From Promethearchaeota archaeon (GTDB taxonomy: Archaea > Asgardarchaeota > Lokiarchaeia > Sigyniarchaeales > SOKP01), in contig JBHLMQ010000010.1 in assembly GCA_048938005.1 (NCBI GenBank), forward strand, positions 32,001 to 96,000: DNA of 64,000 nt. The letters run 5' to 3'. The stretch's first letter is position 1, and every line of letters starts with the position of its first letter. Shown here in pieces: positions 30,105 through 40,110 of this stretch. A model generated the notes under the pieces. That model saw only the letters and a list, made by a program, of their open reading frames with translations, searched no databases and was not told the origin of the DNA. The translations under genes were made by a program, and so were the position numbers.

Positions 30105-32051
30105 ATGAAAAAAAAATATGTTACTACATTATCCTATTTAAAAGTAGTAGTTAGACCCAGATTTCCAAAATTCGTTAGAATTTTTAATTCATATATAATG
30201 AAACATGGGGCTGTGCCTATTGTTAAGATTTTAGCTAAATTTTTGGGTCTTAATTTTCCTAAAAATGGAGTTAAAAAATATCCTGAATATATGGTAAATT
30301 TAGAGGATGGTACTAAATTAGCGACCGATGTATATGTTCCTAAAAAGATTTTCGAGAATCATGGTAAATGTGCTACTATATTAGTAAGATTACCATATTG
30401 GAAAGACAATTTAAGTATTATAGGTTATACATACGCCGCCTATGGATTTGTAGCAGTAATTCAAGATATTAGAGGAACAGGTCATTCAAGTGGCTTCAAT
30501 TATTATCTATTTACAGAGAGAGAAGATGGGTTAGAAACTTTAGAATGGATATCTAAACAATATTGGTATAACGGAAAAATAGGAATGGCAGGAGCAAGCT
30601 ATTTTGGCATCACTCAACTCACACTTTCATGGGATAATGAATATTTGACTTGTATTTCCCCGGCTATCACATCAACATTGAATTTATGGAAAAATAATGG
30701 AGGACTTGAGATTCATGCCTTAACTACTTCTATTTATAGGATAATGCTGAATATCGCCTCACATCAAGAGGCACCCAATGTTGATACATTAACAGAATTA
30801 ATGCAAGAACGATATTTGAATCCAAATTATGCTATATTTAATGATCCTATTAAAAAGAAAAGTGGAATTAGGTTATCTCAGTTAAAAGGTAAATCTATTA
30901 AAGAAGTTCAAGATCTTTTGGTAGCTTTTTATAATATTAAAAATTTTGATCCCTCTAAGCGTAGTCTCAAAATTTATTTTGAATTTTTAAATGATTTCTT
31001 AATTACAAGAGGTTTGGATAAGGACTCATACAAAATGTCTGGATTCTTGGAAATGGATGCGGAAAAAATTTCTCAACCTGTTTTTATGCTAGCTGGTTGG
31101 CAGGATATGTTTTTAGAGAAACAATTAGCAGATTTTATTGAAATCAAGGAGAAGGCAGTCGGAGATCCAAGAAAATATTCGAAATTGTTAATAGGTTCAT
31201 GGGCACATGGAGCGAGTGGACACCCTGAAAGCAAGATTCGAAATGCTGGAATGCTACGATTTTTCAAAGAATTCCTAAGTCTCGATTGGAACCGTTATTG
31301 GTTAATGGATGAAAAAAATGCATTTCCCGATATAAACAAACCTTCGATTAAATATTGGGTTATGGGAAGAAATATTTGGAGATATGCAGAGGATTGGCCA
31401 CCAAGAAATATTGACTATAAAAAATTGTACATTCATTCTGGTGGAAATGCAAATAGTATTAAAGGAGATGGCATACTAAATACTGAACAACCGACCAATG
31501 AAGCAGAAGATAAGTATATTTTTGATCCTATGAATCCAATTATAACTAAAGGTGGTAGAAATTTAGGTATTTTAAAGGGGGCTCAAGATCAAAAAGATGC
31601 TGAAAAAAGAACAGATGTGCTGATATACACTACTAAATCATTAGAGAAAGGAATAGAGATAACTGGTCCAGTGAAGATGATCCTATATGCCTCATCATCA
31701 GCAATAGATACAGATTTTATGGTCAAATTAGTTGATGTATTTCCTAGGGGGAAAGCGATTAATATTCTTGATGCTGGAATTCGTGCCCGGTTCAGAAATG
31801 ATGATGCTAATCCCTCGCTTATCGAGCCGGGAAAAGTGTATAAATATGAGATAGAATTAGGAAATACTTCAAATTACTTTAGGAAAGGACATCAAATACG
31901 AATTGAAATAACATCAAGTAATTTTCCAAGATTCGATATCAACTCAAACTTAGGAGGAGAAGGGAAACCAGGAAACTATTTTATTGCAGAACAAAAAGTT
32001 TATCACACACAGGAATTCCCTAGTCATCTTATAATTCCTGTTCTAAAATAA
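30105..32051 (+). CDS. CocE/NonD family serine hydrolase (S15-like)
   Basis: DGTKLATDVY, RLPY, QDIRGTGHSSG, GASYFG nucleophile, GWQD, GSWAH, SSNFPRFDIN. Confidence 0.92.
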   Translation: MKKKYVTTLSYLKVVVRPRFPKFVRIFNSYIMKHGAVPIVKILAKFLGLNFPKNGVKKYPEYMVNLEDGTKLATDVYVPKKIFENHGKCATILVRLPYWKDNLSIIGYTYAAYGFVAVIQDIRGTGHSSGFNYYLFTEREDGLETLEWISKQYWYNGKIGMAGASYFGITQLTLSWDNEYLTCISPAITSTLNLWKNNGGLEIHALTTSIYRIMLNIASHQEAPNVDTLTELMQERYLNPNYAIFNDPIKKKSGIRLSQLKGKSIKEVQDLLVAFYNIKNFDPSKRSLKIYFEFLNDFLITRGLDKDSYKMSGFLEMDAEKISQPVFMLAGWQDMFLEKQLADFIEIKEKAVGDPRKYSKLLIGSWAHGASGHPESKIRNAGMLRFFKEFLSLDWNRYWLMDEKNAFPDINKPSIKYWVMGRNIWRYAEDWPPRNIDYKKLYIHSGGNANSIKGDGILNTEQPTNEAEDKYIFDPMNPIITKGGRNLGILKGAQDQKDAEKRTDVLIYTTKSLEKGIEITGPVKMILYASSSAIDTDFMVKLVDVFPRGKAINILDAGIRARFRNDDANPSLIEPGKVYKYEIELGNTSNYFRKGHQIRIEITSSNFPRFDINSNLGGEGKPGNYFIAEQKVYHTQEFPSHLIIPVLK

Positions 32052-32071
32052 AAAATTATTTTACCTTGTTA

Positions 32072-32350
32072 TTAAAATATTTTTTCATAATATAATTTTA
32101 ACATTGATCCAAACTTTTTTATAATATCTTGTAAAGATAAGCCTAAATCAGAATTTGCTACCATCATTCCCTTTTTATTGCTAAGGTAAACATCATTTTG
32201 TTTTAATCTTAATTTTTTTAAGAGTTTATGATAAATTTCTTTAAATTGGCTTTTTAGATTTTTATCTGTTAAAGGTATTACAATGTTTTCGCCACTTTGT
32301 ACAATTCTAAAAAGAAAAACATTTTTTTCTTGATGTTGAGCATTATTCAT
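32072..32350 (-). CDS. Small hypothetical protein, possibly beta-grasp (ubiquitin-like) fold
   Basis: Pattern strand-strand-helix-strand(YLSNKKG)-short helix-strand(LKLYYE); no GG terminus. Confidence 0.55.
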   Translation of the reverse strand: MNNAQHQEKNVFLFRIVQSGENIVIPLTDKNLKSQFKEIYHKLLKKLRLKQNDVYLSNKKGMMVANSDLGLSLQDIIKKFGSMLKLYYEKIF

Positions 32351-32511
32351 TTCTATTTAATTAGAATTTTCCTATAACAAAAAGATTTTCTTTTATTCCT
32401 TAGATTTATAATTTAAAAATAGAGTTTATCTTAACGATTGGATTCTCTGTACATATCGAACTTAAGTACAATAGGGATAAGCTATAAATAAGAAGCTAAC
32501 ACTTTCATATA

Positions 32512-34269
32512 ATGCCAATAAAATTAGAGGTGAAAAATTTGCCAAAAAGAATGTTAAGAGTCAATATGACTAATCTTGAGGCTAAATTCGAAGATTTACC
32601 ACAAGAATTTGCTGAATTAGGTGGACGTGGTATGACATCAACCATCGTAGCTAAAGAAGTCCCCCCAACATGTAATCCACTAGGATCTCATAATAAAATA
32701 GTGTTTGCCCCTGGGATTGTTACAGGTACGGCTGCTCCTACATCAGGTCGTATTTCCGTCGGTGGAAAATCTCCATTAACAGGAGGAATAAAAGAAGCAA
32801 ATGCGGGAACAAATTTTGCCCAAAAACTTGGTAGAATGCGTATTGGAGCTATAATTGTTGAAGGTAAACATGAAGGAGATGATTATTATCTCTTAAAAAT
32901 TACTAATGATGGTGCAGAATTCATGAACGCAAACAAGTGGTCAGGTAAAGGATTATATGGTGTTTATAAGGATCTCTATAAAGAATTTGGAAAAAATGTT
33001 GGGATTTGTGGCGTAGGAATAGTTGCTGAAATGCTTGGAGCAATGTCAGGGGTATGTTTTAATGATCCTGAAGGTTTACCTAGTAGATATGCTGGACGAG
33101 GAGGACTTGGTGCTGTTATGGCATCTAAAGGTTTGAAATTTATTGTTGCGGATGAAACTGGTGCACCTGGTGTAGAAATTGTAAATGAAGAACTCTTCAA
33201 ACAAGGCACCAAAAAACTTAGAGATGCACTTTTAGAACATGATGTAACTAAAGTGGAGGGTGCACTTAATTCTTATGGTACAAGTGTTTTAGTCAATATT
33301 ATAAATGAAGCTGGTGGATTACCACAGAGAAATTTCTCTGCGGGACAAGATGATAGATCTGAGAAAGTATCTGGAGAAGCTAAAGCAGAGGAAATTAAAA
33401 AACGTGGAGGCGTTCGTCCTCACTTCTGTAGTCCTGGATGTGTTATTCAATGTTCTGAAGTTTGGTGTAAGCCTGGTGGAAAAGATCCAGTTGGAGTTCT
33501 CGAATATGAAAGTGTTTGGGCGCTTGGACCCAATTGTTCAATATATAATTTAGATGACATTGGTGAGTTAAACAGAGCTTGCAATGATTTAGGATTAGAT
33601 ACAATTGAAGCAGGAGATACACTCGCTGTAGCAATGGAAGGAGGATTAATTAAATTTGGAGATGGAAAAGGAGCATTAAAACTTATGGATGAAATTCGAA
33701 AGAAGACTCTAACAGGGAAAATACTTGCTAATGGAACAGAAATTACAGGCAAAGTTTTAGGAGTAACAAGAATTCCGACGGTAAAAGGTCAATCATTACC
33801 TGCTTATGATCCTCGTGCAATAAAAGGAATTGGGGTGACCTATGCAACCACACCCATGGGAGCAGATCATACCGCAGGGTATGCGATTGCTCCAGAGATA
33901 TTAGGTGTTGGAGGAGAATTAGATCCGTTGAGTCCTGAAAAAGCAGAAGTCTCTCGTAATTTACAAGTAGCTACTGCGTTCTTAGATTATTCAGGACATT
34001 GCTTATTCGTAGCCTTTGCAATTCTCGATATTGCTTCAGGATTAGAAGGTATAGTAGAATCCCTTAATGGAGTTATGGGTACAAATTATACAACTGACGA
34101 TGTTGGAAGGATTGGAAGGGAAATAATCGATAAAGAATTAGAGTTTAATAAAAAAGCGGGTTTCACTCCTGTACATGATAGACTTCCAGAATTTTTTATG
34201 GAAGAGAAGCTTCCACCCCATAATACAGTTTTCGATGTATCAAATGATGATTTGGACAGTGTTTTTTAA
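32512..34269 (+). CDS. aor: Tungsten aldehyde:ferredoxin oxidoreductase family
   Basis: GGRG, KSPLTGGIKE, AGRGGLGAVMASKGLK, C..GCVIQC, EYES, GLDTI, AYDPR; probable TTG start at 32539 after GAGGTGA. Confidence 0.93.
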   Translation: MPIKLEVKNLPKRMLRVNMTNLEAKFEDLPQEFAELGGRGMTSTIVAKEVPPTCNPLGSHNKIVFAPGIVTGTAAPTSGRISVGGKSPLTGGIKEANAGTNFAQKLGRMRIGAIIVEGKHEGDDYYLLKITNDGAEFMNANKWSGKGLYGVYKDLYKEFGKNVGICGVGIVAEMLGAMSGVCFNDPEGLPSRYAGRGGLGAVMASKGLKFIVADETGAPGVEIVNEELFKQGTKKLRDALLEHDVTKVEGALNSYGTSVLVNIINEAGGLPQRNFSAGQDDRSEKVSGEAKAEEIKKRGGVRPHFCSPGCVIQCSEVWCKPGGKDPVGVLEYESVWALGPNCSIYNLDDIGELNRACNDLGLDTIEAGDTLAVAMEGGLIKFGDGKGALKLMDEIRKKTLTGKILANGTEITGKVLGVTRIPTVKGQSLPAYDPRAIKGIGVTYATTPMGADHTAGYAIAPEILGVGGELDPLSPEKAEVSRNLQVATAFLDYSGHCLFVAFAILDIASGLEGIVESLNGVMGTNYTTDDVGRIGREIIDKELEFNKKAGFTPVHDRLPEFFMEEKLPPHNTVFDVSNDDLDSVF

Positions 34270-34293
34270 CATATAAATGTTTATTAAATTAAA

Positions 34294-34578
34294 ATGCCAA
34301 TAAAAGTAAAACTATTTGGAGACTTAAGGAAAAAATTAGAGCCCCAGATTTCAGGAACAATGCCATTAAGGTTAGATTTTGATGATTCGGGGATTAACAG
34401 GGTATCTGATATTATTACAAAGTTTAGGATTGAGGAAAATGAGGTTAGCCATATTTTCGTAAATGGACGATTTTCAGGATTTAGAAAAAAAGTGGAAAGT
34501 GGAGATATTGTAGCATTATTCCCTAGAAATATGGGTTTATTATACAAATGGTATTTTAAACGAGAAGATGATGAATAA
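34294..34578 (+). CDS. MoaD/ThiS/SAMP-like beta-grasp protein lacking C-terminal GG
   Basis: IKVKLFGDLR, IFVNG, GDIVALFP followed by RNMGLLYKWYFKREDDE. Confidence 0.8.
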   Translation: MPIKVKLFGDLRKKLEPQISGTMPLRLDFDDSGINRVSDIITKFRIEENEVSHIFVNGRFSGFRKKVESGDIVALFPRNMGLLYKWYFKREDDE

Positions 34579-34816
34579 CAATAAAATTACAGTGACAGTC
34601 AAATTTTTTGCTACATTGAGGGAATACGGTCCAGATAAAGAAGTCTTAACAATTGACAAAACAAGTAAGGTTAAATTATTATTCGATAAATATAATATCC
34701 CAAAGGATGAAAGAAGAGCAATAATTTTAGTTAATGGTCGTCCTCATAAAGATCTCAATACTGTTCTGAAAGATGGAGATTTAATTTCAATTTTCCCTCC
34801 AATAGGTGGCGGTTAA
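34568..34816 (+). CDS. moaD: MoaD/SAMP sulfur carrier
   Basis: VKFFATLRE, ILVNGR, LKDGDLISIFPPIGGG. Confidence 0.9.
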   Translation: MMNNNKITVTVKFFATLREYGPDKEVLTIDKTSKVKLLFDKYNIPKDERRAIILVNGRPHKDLNTVLKDGDLISIFPPIGGG

Positions 34817-34883
34817 GTCATCCTAAAAATATAAATTTCTTTTTTTTCTTTTTTTGTAAAACATAAATATTTCTCAATTGAAT

Positions 34884-35453
34884 TTATTCATTTCTTTTCA
34901 TCCAATCTTCTTTTAATAAGCTATATATCTTAACATCGAGATAGTTTCCATCAACGTAGAACTCATCTTTCTGGATTCCTTCGAGTATAAATCCTATTTT
35001 CTCAGCAACAGTCCAGGAGCCAATATTTTCAACACAAACTCTGCCAATTAATTTATTTAGATTCAACTCATTGAAAGCATACTCAAGAAGTAATTCCGTC
35101 GCTTCTGTAGCGATATTTTGTCCCCAATAATCCAGTTCTCCAATTTTAATGAAGGCATATGCCCATCTATTAATCCAATCAATACCACCTAATCCTATTA
35201 GACCTATCGGTTTTTTATTTAATTTATCCCATATTTCAAAAGCTATTAATCTCCGCACTCCTTTCTCATGGGGTTCAAACCATTTTTTAAGATCTTCAAC
35301 TATGCTAGGTAGAATTTCTCGAGCATATTTGCGAACTTTTGGATCGTTCTCCCATTTCACATACAAATTGATATGTTCTGAATTTTGAGGTAAAAAGCAA
35401 ACATTTTTCCCTTCAATGAAGACAGGAATTTTTTCCTCCATATAATATGTCAC
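34884..35453 (-). CDS. RimJ/RimL-type GNAT acetyltransferase
   Basis: YWGQNIATEA, AFNELNLNKL, N..S..VAEKIGF..EG. Confidence 0.9.
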   Translation of the reverse strand: MTYYMEEKIPVFIEGKNVCFLPQNSEHINLYVKWENDPKVRKYAREILPSIVEDLKKWFEPHEKGVRRLIAFEIWDKLNKKPIGLIGLGGIDWINRWAYAFIKIGELDYWGQNIATEATELLLEYAFNELNLNKLIGRVCVENIGSWTVAEKIGFILEGIQKDEFYVDGNYLDVKIYSLLKEDWMKRNE

Positions 35454-35491
35454 TCCCCAATTCTTTTTAATTATTAATCCATTATATTATT

Positions 35492-36061
35492 CTATTTTTC
35501 CGGTTTTAACCATTCATCCTTAAAAATAACAAAGTTAAGGAGATCTACGTATTCTCCATCAATATAGGCTTCCTTTTTAAGTGTAATTTCATGTTTAAAA
35601 CCAATTTTTTCAGCTACTCGTGAAGCGGCTTTATTTGGGAAAAAGGTTCGAGCAGTGATTTTATGTAAATTCAATTCATTAAAACCATAATTAACAACTA
35701 ATTTTCCTGCTTCTGTTGCAATGTCTTGACCCCAATAATCAGTGTCTCCAATAAGATAAAATATATGTGCATTACGAGTAAACCAGTTAATTCTAATAAA
35801 TCCCACCAATCCGATTGGTTTATTATCCTTTTTATGCCAAATTTCAAAGAAAATATCTCCTTTTACTTCTCCTTTTTTTGGTTCAAACAATTTTTTTACT
35901 TCTTCAACAGTTTGAGGAATGTTGTATCTCATATATTTACGAACGTGTGGATTATTCATCCATTTGTTATATAGGTTAATATGATCAACGTTTGAAGGGC
36001 AGAGATTAACGTTTTCTCCTTCTATAAAAGAAATAGCAATAGATTCTTTGCTTTCACTCAT
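35492..36061 (-). CDS. RimJ/RimL-type GNAT acetyltransferase (tandem paralog)
   Basis: YWGQDIATEA, GFNELNLHKI, NKAASRVAEKIGF; clearly homologous to its neighbour. Confidence 0.9.
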   Translation of the reverse strand: MSESKESIAISFIEGENVNLCPSNVDHINLYNKWMNNPHVRKYMRYNIPQTVEEVKKLFEPKKGEVKGDIFFEIWHKKDNKPIGLVGFIRINWFTRNAHIFYLIGDTDYWGQDIATEAGKLVVNYGFNELNLHKITARTFFPNKAASRVAEKIGFKHEITLKKEAYIDGEYVDLLNFVIFKDEWLKPEK

Positions 36062-36227
36062 TTCAATTGAAAATATTATTATATTTTATAAGTAACAGTA
36101 AAAATGAGCCATACAATATTAATTCTGATATAGGTTGAGAAATTTTTTTGTTATTATAGTTTTAATAATTAATGTTATTAAAAAATGAAAAAAAAAATAG
36201 ATTTGAAAATTAATTTATTGAATTTTT

Positions 36228-36440
36228 CTATACAATTTTCATTGCCAAGTTCATGTCCTCAAGTGTGAGTTTCTTTCTCCCAGCGTGGCGGGTCATCTCA
36301 AGAGCTTTATTTGTCATACCTTTTGCTAATTTTTCTAAATAATCAATTAAAGCATCTACTGCATCTCGAGCTACCATTTCAGCGCCATTATCTTTCATTA
36401 ACTTTCGAACAGGTGACCAGGCAAATACTTTCTTAGCCAT
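36228..36440 (-). CDS. Archaeal histone (HMf-type fold, tailless)
   Basis: MAKKVFAWSPVRKLMKDNGAEMVARDA...ALEMTRHAGRKKLTLEDMNLA; probable start 36440. Confidence 0.93.
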   Translation of the reverse strand: MAKKVFAWSPVRKLMKDNGAEMVARDAVDALIDYLEKLAKGMTNKALEMTRHAGRKKLTLEDMNLAMKIV

Positions 36441-36746
36441 TTTTTTACATTCCTCCACTTTTTAATTTTTTTTAATAAGTTCGTAAAGTCCATATTTTTT
36501 AACATGAACTTTATTAATTAATAATATTTTATTCAAATATTTAAAACTTGCGTAAAATTATCGATAGAGTATGTTTCGGTTAATAATTTCATCCTATCGA
36601 CAAAATTGCGATGTCTGAAAAGAAAAGCGGCAGATATGGTTCTGAGCTTTTAGATCTGAGATTTTTTTTAATTTTAAATATGTTAACTAAAGAAAATCAA
36701 ATTGTTGATCTATTTAACTCATTTTATAAATTGAACAAATTTCTCT

Positions 36747-37313
36747 TTATGTTTTTAGTTTTTTTCGCATTACATAATAATCTTTAAATTCTTTATAAAT
36801 AATAAAACCTTCGGAGGTATACAATGAAATTGGTCCTCGGTAACTATGGGCATCTGATAAACTTTCTCCCGTTCGTGGGTATGCTTCAATTAGATTAAAA
36901 CCTTTATCTTTAGAACTAGAACAAGCATATCTTAAAAGTTGTCTCGCTATTCCTTGTTTTCTATATGAAGGGGCAATAATAAAACAAATAATTGAAGCAA
37001 TTTTATCATTTGTTCTTTCTTCATATGGGATTTTGGCAAAATTTTCTTTTGAATTAATATTACACCATCCAACTGGTTCTTCATCTAAATATGCAATTAG
37101 TCCATTCATCTTGCCAGCAAGAATTAAATCTTTTGACTGGTCTCTATTTTCTTCTGCACTTCTTTTAAAAAATTGCTTATTTGTTCCAGCAAAATGATAA
37201 AATTGGCAATAACAAGTAGCCCAATCAGGATTATCTGAAAAAGCAATATTATCGAAATAGTAGAGAAAATCATCAATAAGATCTGGTGATAAAGGCTTTA
37301 TAACTATATCCAT
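36747..37313 (-). CDS. GNAT acetyltransferase
   Basis: CYC, PVGWC, ICFIIAPSYRKQGIARQLL, EAYP, G..SLY..EGF. Confidence 0.88.
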   Translation of the reverse strand: MDIVIKPLSPDLIDDFLYYFDNIAFSDNPDWATCYCQFYHFAGTNKQFFKRSAEENRDQSKDLILAGKMNGLIAYLDEEPVGWCNINSKENFAKIPYEERTNDKIASIICFIIAPSYRKQGIARQLLRYACSSSKDKGFNLIEAYPRTGESLSDAHSYRGPISLYTSEGFIIYKEFKDYYVMRKKLKT

Positions 37314-37388
37314 TTTTTTCCCTTTTGTAGCTTATTTTAAAAATTTTTGAAAATCATTACTAAATGAGTAATAAAAATTAATATCCCT

Positions 37389-38318
37389 TTATTTAAAAGT
37401 AGATCTAATTAAGTTTGCGAATTCTCTCAAACTAGTTAGATTTGGAAAATCTAAGAATCCAGTAACAATATGTTTTACTCCAACTTTTTTATATTGCTGA
37501 ATTCTTTCTTTAATGAAAGAAGAATTTCCTATCATACAATTTAACTTATCAATCGGTATGTTCCGATAGCGAGAGATTTTTTTCAACTCTTTTTTTGCTA
37601 ATTTTTCATCATCGGTTACAAGGGTATATGCTGCCCCTCCAAATGCAACTTGTAGCTGATTGAAATCTCGATTAATTTTTTCCATTTTTTTTTTTATTTC
37701 TTCGAGATCTTTTGCAAATTGCTTTGGTGATGGTAAAACAGGAATCCAACCATTCCCTTCTTCTGCCACTAATTGTTTGATTTCGGGAGATTTGCCACCA
37801 ATCCAAATAGGTGGATAAGGTTTTTGTATTGGTTTTGGTTCAAGAGTAGCATTTTTAATCCTATAATATTCTCCATTAAAAGATACATTATCTTCTGTCC
37901 ACAATTTTTTCATAAGTAAAATAGATTCTTTAAGATGACTTACTCTAATAGGAAGCTTATCCCAATTAAGTCCAAAAGAAATATGTTCAGCCTTATACCA
38001 GCCAGCGCCAATACCTAGATTTATACGACCTTTAGAAATGTGATCTATTGTAGAAATCATTTTTGCCAGAAGTGAAGGATGTCGAAATTGGTTGCAAAGT
38101 ACGTATGTACCTAAACGAATTTTTTCTGTTGCTGTTGCCAATGCTGAAAGAATAGTCAATGCTTCTAGACCATGTGATCGTCCTTTTGGAGAGATTAAAT
38201 GATCAGTTATCCAGAGAGAATCATAGCCTACCCGTTCGGCTTCTTTCGCAATTTTTAAAAATATCTCCCAATCAGCATAAGGGGCTGTTGAATGAAGAAT
38301 TACTCCAAATTGAATTAT
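37389..38318 (-). CDS. LLM-class (probably F420-dependent) oxidoreductase
   Basis: Frame extends upstream of the track start: IIQFGVILH...AERVGYDSLWITDHL...; IRLGTYV, GRINLGIGAGW, PPIWIGG; no in-frame ATG/GTG/TTG at the true N-terminus. Confidence 0.88.
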   Translation of the reverse strand: MIQFGVILHSTAPYADWEIFLKIAKEAERVGYDSLWITDHLISPKGRSHGLEALTILSALATATEKIRLGTYVLCNQFRHPSLLAKMISTIDHISKGRINLGIGAGWYKAEHISFGLNWDKLPIRVSHLKESILLMKKLWTEDNVSFNGEYYRIKNATLEPKPIQKPYPPIWIGGKSPEIKQLVAEEGNGWIPVLPSPKQFAKDLEEIKKKMEKINRDFNQLQVAFGGAAYTLVTDDEKLAKKELKKISRYRNIPIDKLNCMIGNSSFIKERIQQYKKVGVKHIVTGFLDFPNLTSLREFANLIRSTFK

Positions 38319-38438
38319 TAATCATCTTTAGAGTTTGAATTATTAGTTCTAGTGTTTATTAATTTAAAAATTATTAAAATTTATTCTAAATTTAGTACTT
38401 TAATAATTATAGAGAGATTTATATTAGTTTATAGAAAA

Positions 38439-39998
38439 CTAATATTTATGATCAATAGCAGAGAGCAATACTTTCAATTGATCGAATATATCTGGACGAT
38501 AATCAAGCCCAATTCTGAAAAATAAGAGATCTACTAATTTATTATCGATATGTTCATCAACATTTAATTTTTCAATTATGTCTGACCAATCAATGGTCTC
38601 AGAGGCTCTTACTCCGATTAAAATCACTCCATTTTCTTTTGTATTTTCTACAATTTTAATAATTATCTCTCTCCAGGCAGGAGTAATGTGTTCTAAATTT
38701 CGAGCGTCAAAAATACAAAATATCCCGTCAGAACTGGAAATATCATCAACAGCCGAATATTGATGTTGTTTTAATATCAAACCATTTGTAAATTGATAAA
38801 CTTTTTCATCATCATAATCTCTTATCAATGATTTCTCTCCTAATTTTGTGATATTAGTTATGATTTGCAATCCAGGATTCCAATGTAAACTCTCAGTAAT
38901 AAGAGATAAAGTGAAAACAATTTTTTTTGCCAGAATAGAATTGATTATATCTAATAGAATTTCACCGCGTCTTTCTTCTTCAATTTCTTTGCTTTTCATT
39001 ACATAATGATATGAAATTAAGTTAAACGCATCCTCAACATTGCTTCCTGTTAACGCACTAGTTTCAATATAAGACAATTTAATTTTTTCTCTTTGAGATA
39101 AATTATTTGCTAATTTTGCCCCTTCCTGATAAAAGACTTTTCTATTTTCAACTAAATCAGATTTATTTCCAACTATTACGATTGGTATATCTTCTTCCGG
39201 CGTAAAAAGCTTTAATTCCTCAAACCAACTTAATACATTATCAAAAGTTTTACGATCAGTTAAATCAAAAACTAGAAATGCCGCTTGAGCGCCTGAATAA
39301 TAGACTTTTCGGAATCTTTTAAAGAATTTTTGCGCTCCCAAGTCATACAAGGTAACTCCAATCTCATTTCCAAAAAATTCAAATGTGTGAGATAAAACAT
39401 TCAATCCAATAGTTGCTCTATAATCTTCTGTATATTTATTTTCGACAAATCTTCTTATTATCGATGTTTTACCTACTTCATGATCACCTATAATAACGAA
39501 TTTAAACCGATATTCACCATGAGTACCAATATCCATCTGATATAATTGATTTTTTAACCTTTGTACGTTTCCTGCTTCATATTCAAAATTAGGGACCGAA
39601 ATTTGAATCATGTCATCTTCATCAGCAGTAAGAATTTGAGCTGTCTTCTCTGCTAAAAAAAGACCATATGGCGAAAGATTTTCAATTGAAGCCATACTTT
39701 CTAAGACCAAGCTCAGAATTCTTTCTTCATCAACAGAGATGAATAAAAGACGATGATCCTCAGTATCAAAATTAGCAGTACCAAATTTCTGAAAATCAAA
39801 TTCACTACGCATCCGTTCTAATACAGGATTTATTATTGATGTTAAAACAGAAACTAATTCTATGTCAATATCTTTCCTTTTTTCACCAGCAATAATTAAT
39901 CCTTCAGAATCAGAAATTATTACAGCTTCTACTTCCTTATTTATCTCTAAAAATTTATCAAATAATTCTCTGAAGAGTTTATTTTTCTGAATTGGCAA
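38439..39998 (-). CDS. Roadblock/LC7 - Rab-like small GTPase - degenerate GTPase fusion
   Basis: N-terminal VEAVIISDSEGLII roadblock; GDHEVGKTS, YRATIG, YDLGAQ, NKSD, ETSALTG; C-terminal DGIFCIFDAR..VILIG. Confidence 0.88.
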   Translation of the reverse strand: MPIQKNKLFRELFDKFLEINKEVEAVIISDSEGLIIAGEKRKDIDIELVSVLTSIINPVLERMRSEFDFQKFGTANFDTEDHRLLFISVDEERILSLVLESMASIENLSPYGLFLAEKTAQILTADEDDMIQISVPNFEYEAGNVQRLKNQLYQMDIGTHGEYRFKFVIIGDHEVGKTSIIRRFVENKYTEDYRATIGLNVLSHTFEFFGNEIGVTLYDLGAQKFFKRFRKVYYSGAQAAFLVFDLTDRKTFDNVLSWFEELKLFTPEEDIPIVIVGNKSDLVENRKVFYQEGAKLANNLSQREKIKLSYIETSALTGSNVEDAFNLISYHYVMKSKEIEEERRGEILLDIINSILAKKIVFTLSLITESLHWNPGLQIITNITKLGEKSLIRDYDDEKVYQFTNGLILKQHQYSAVDDISSSDGIFCIFDARNLEHITPAWREIIIKIVENTKENGVILIGVRASETIDWSDIIEKLNVDEHIDNKLVDLLFFRIGLDYRPDIFDQLKVLLSAIDHKY

Positions 39999-40110
39999 GA
40001 CTTTTTCTACCTATGAAAAAAATTATGAATTGATCTTTTTCTTATCAATATTATATTTATTATAGAGATTTTTATTATTATTGATTATTAATCTTTGTGT
40101 AAAGTCAAAA

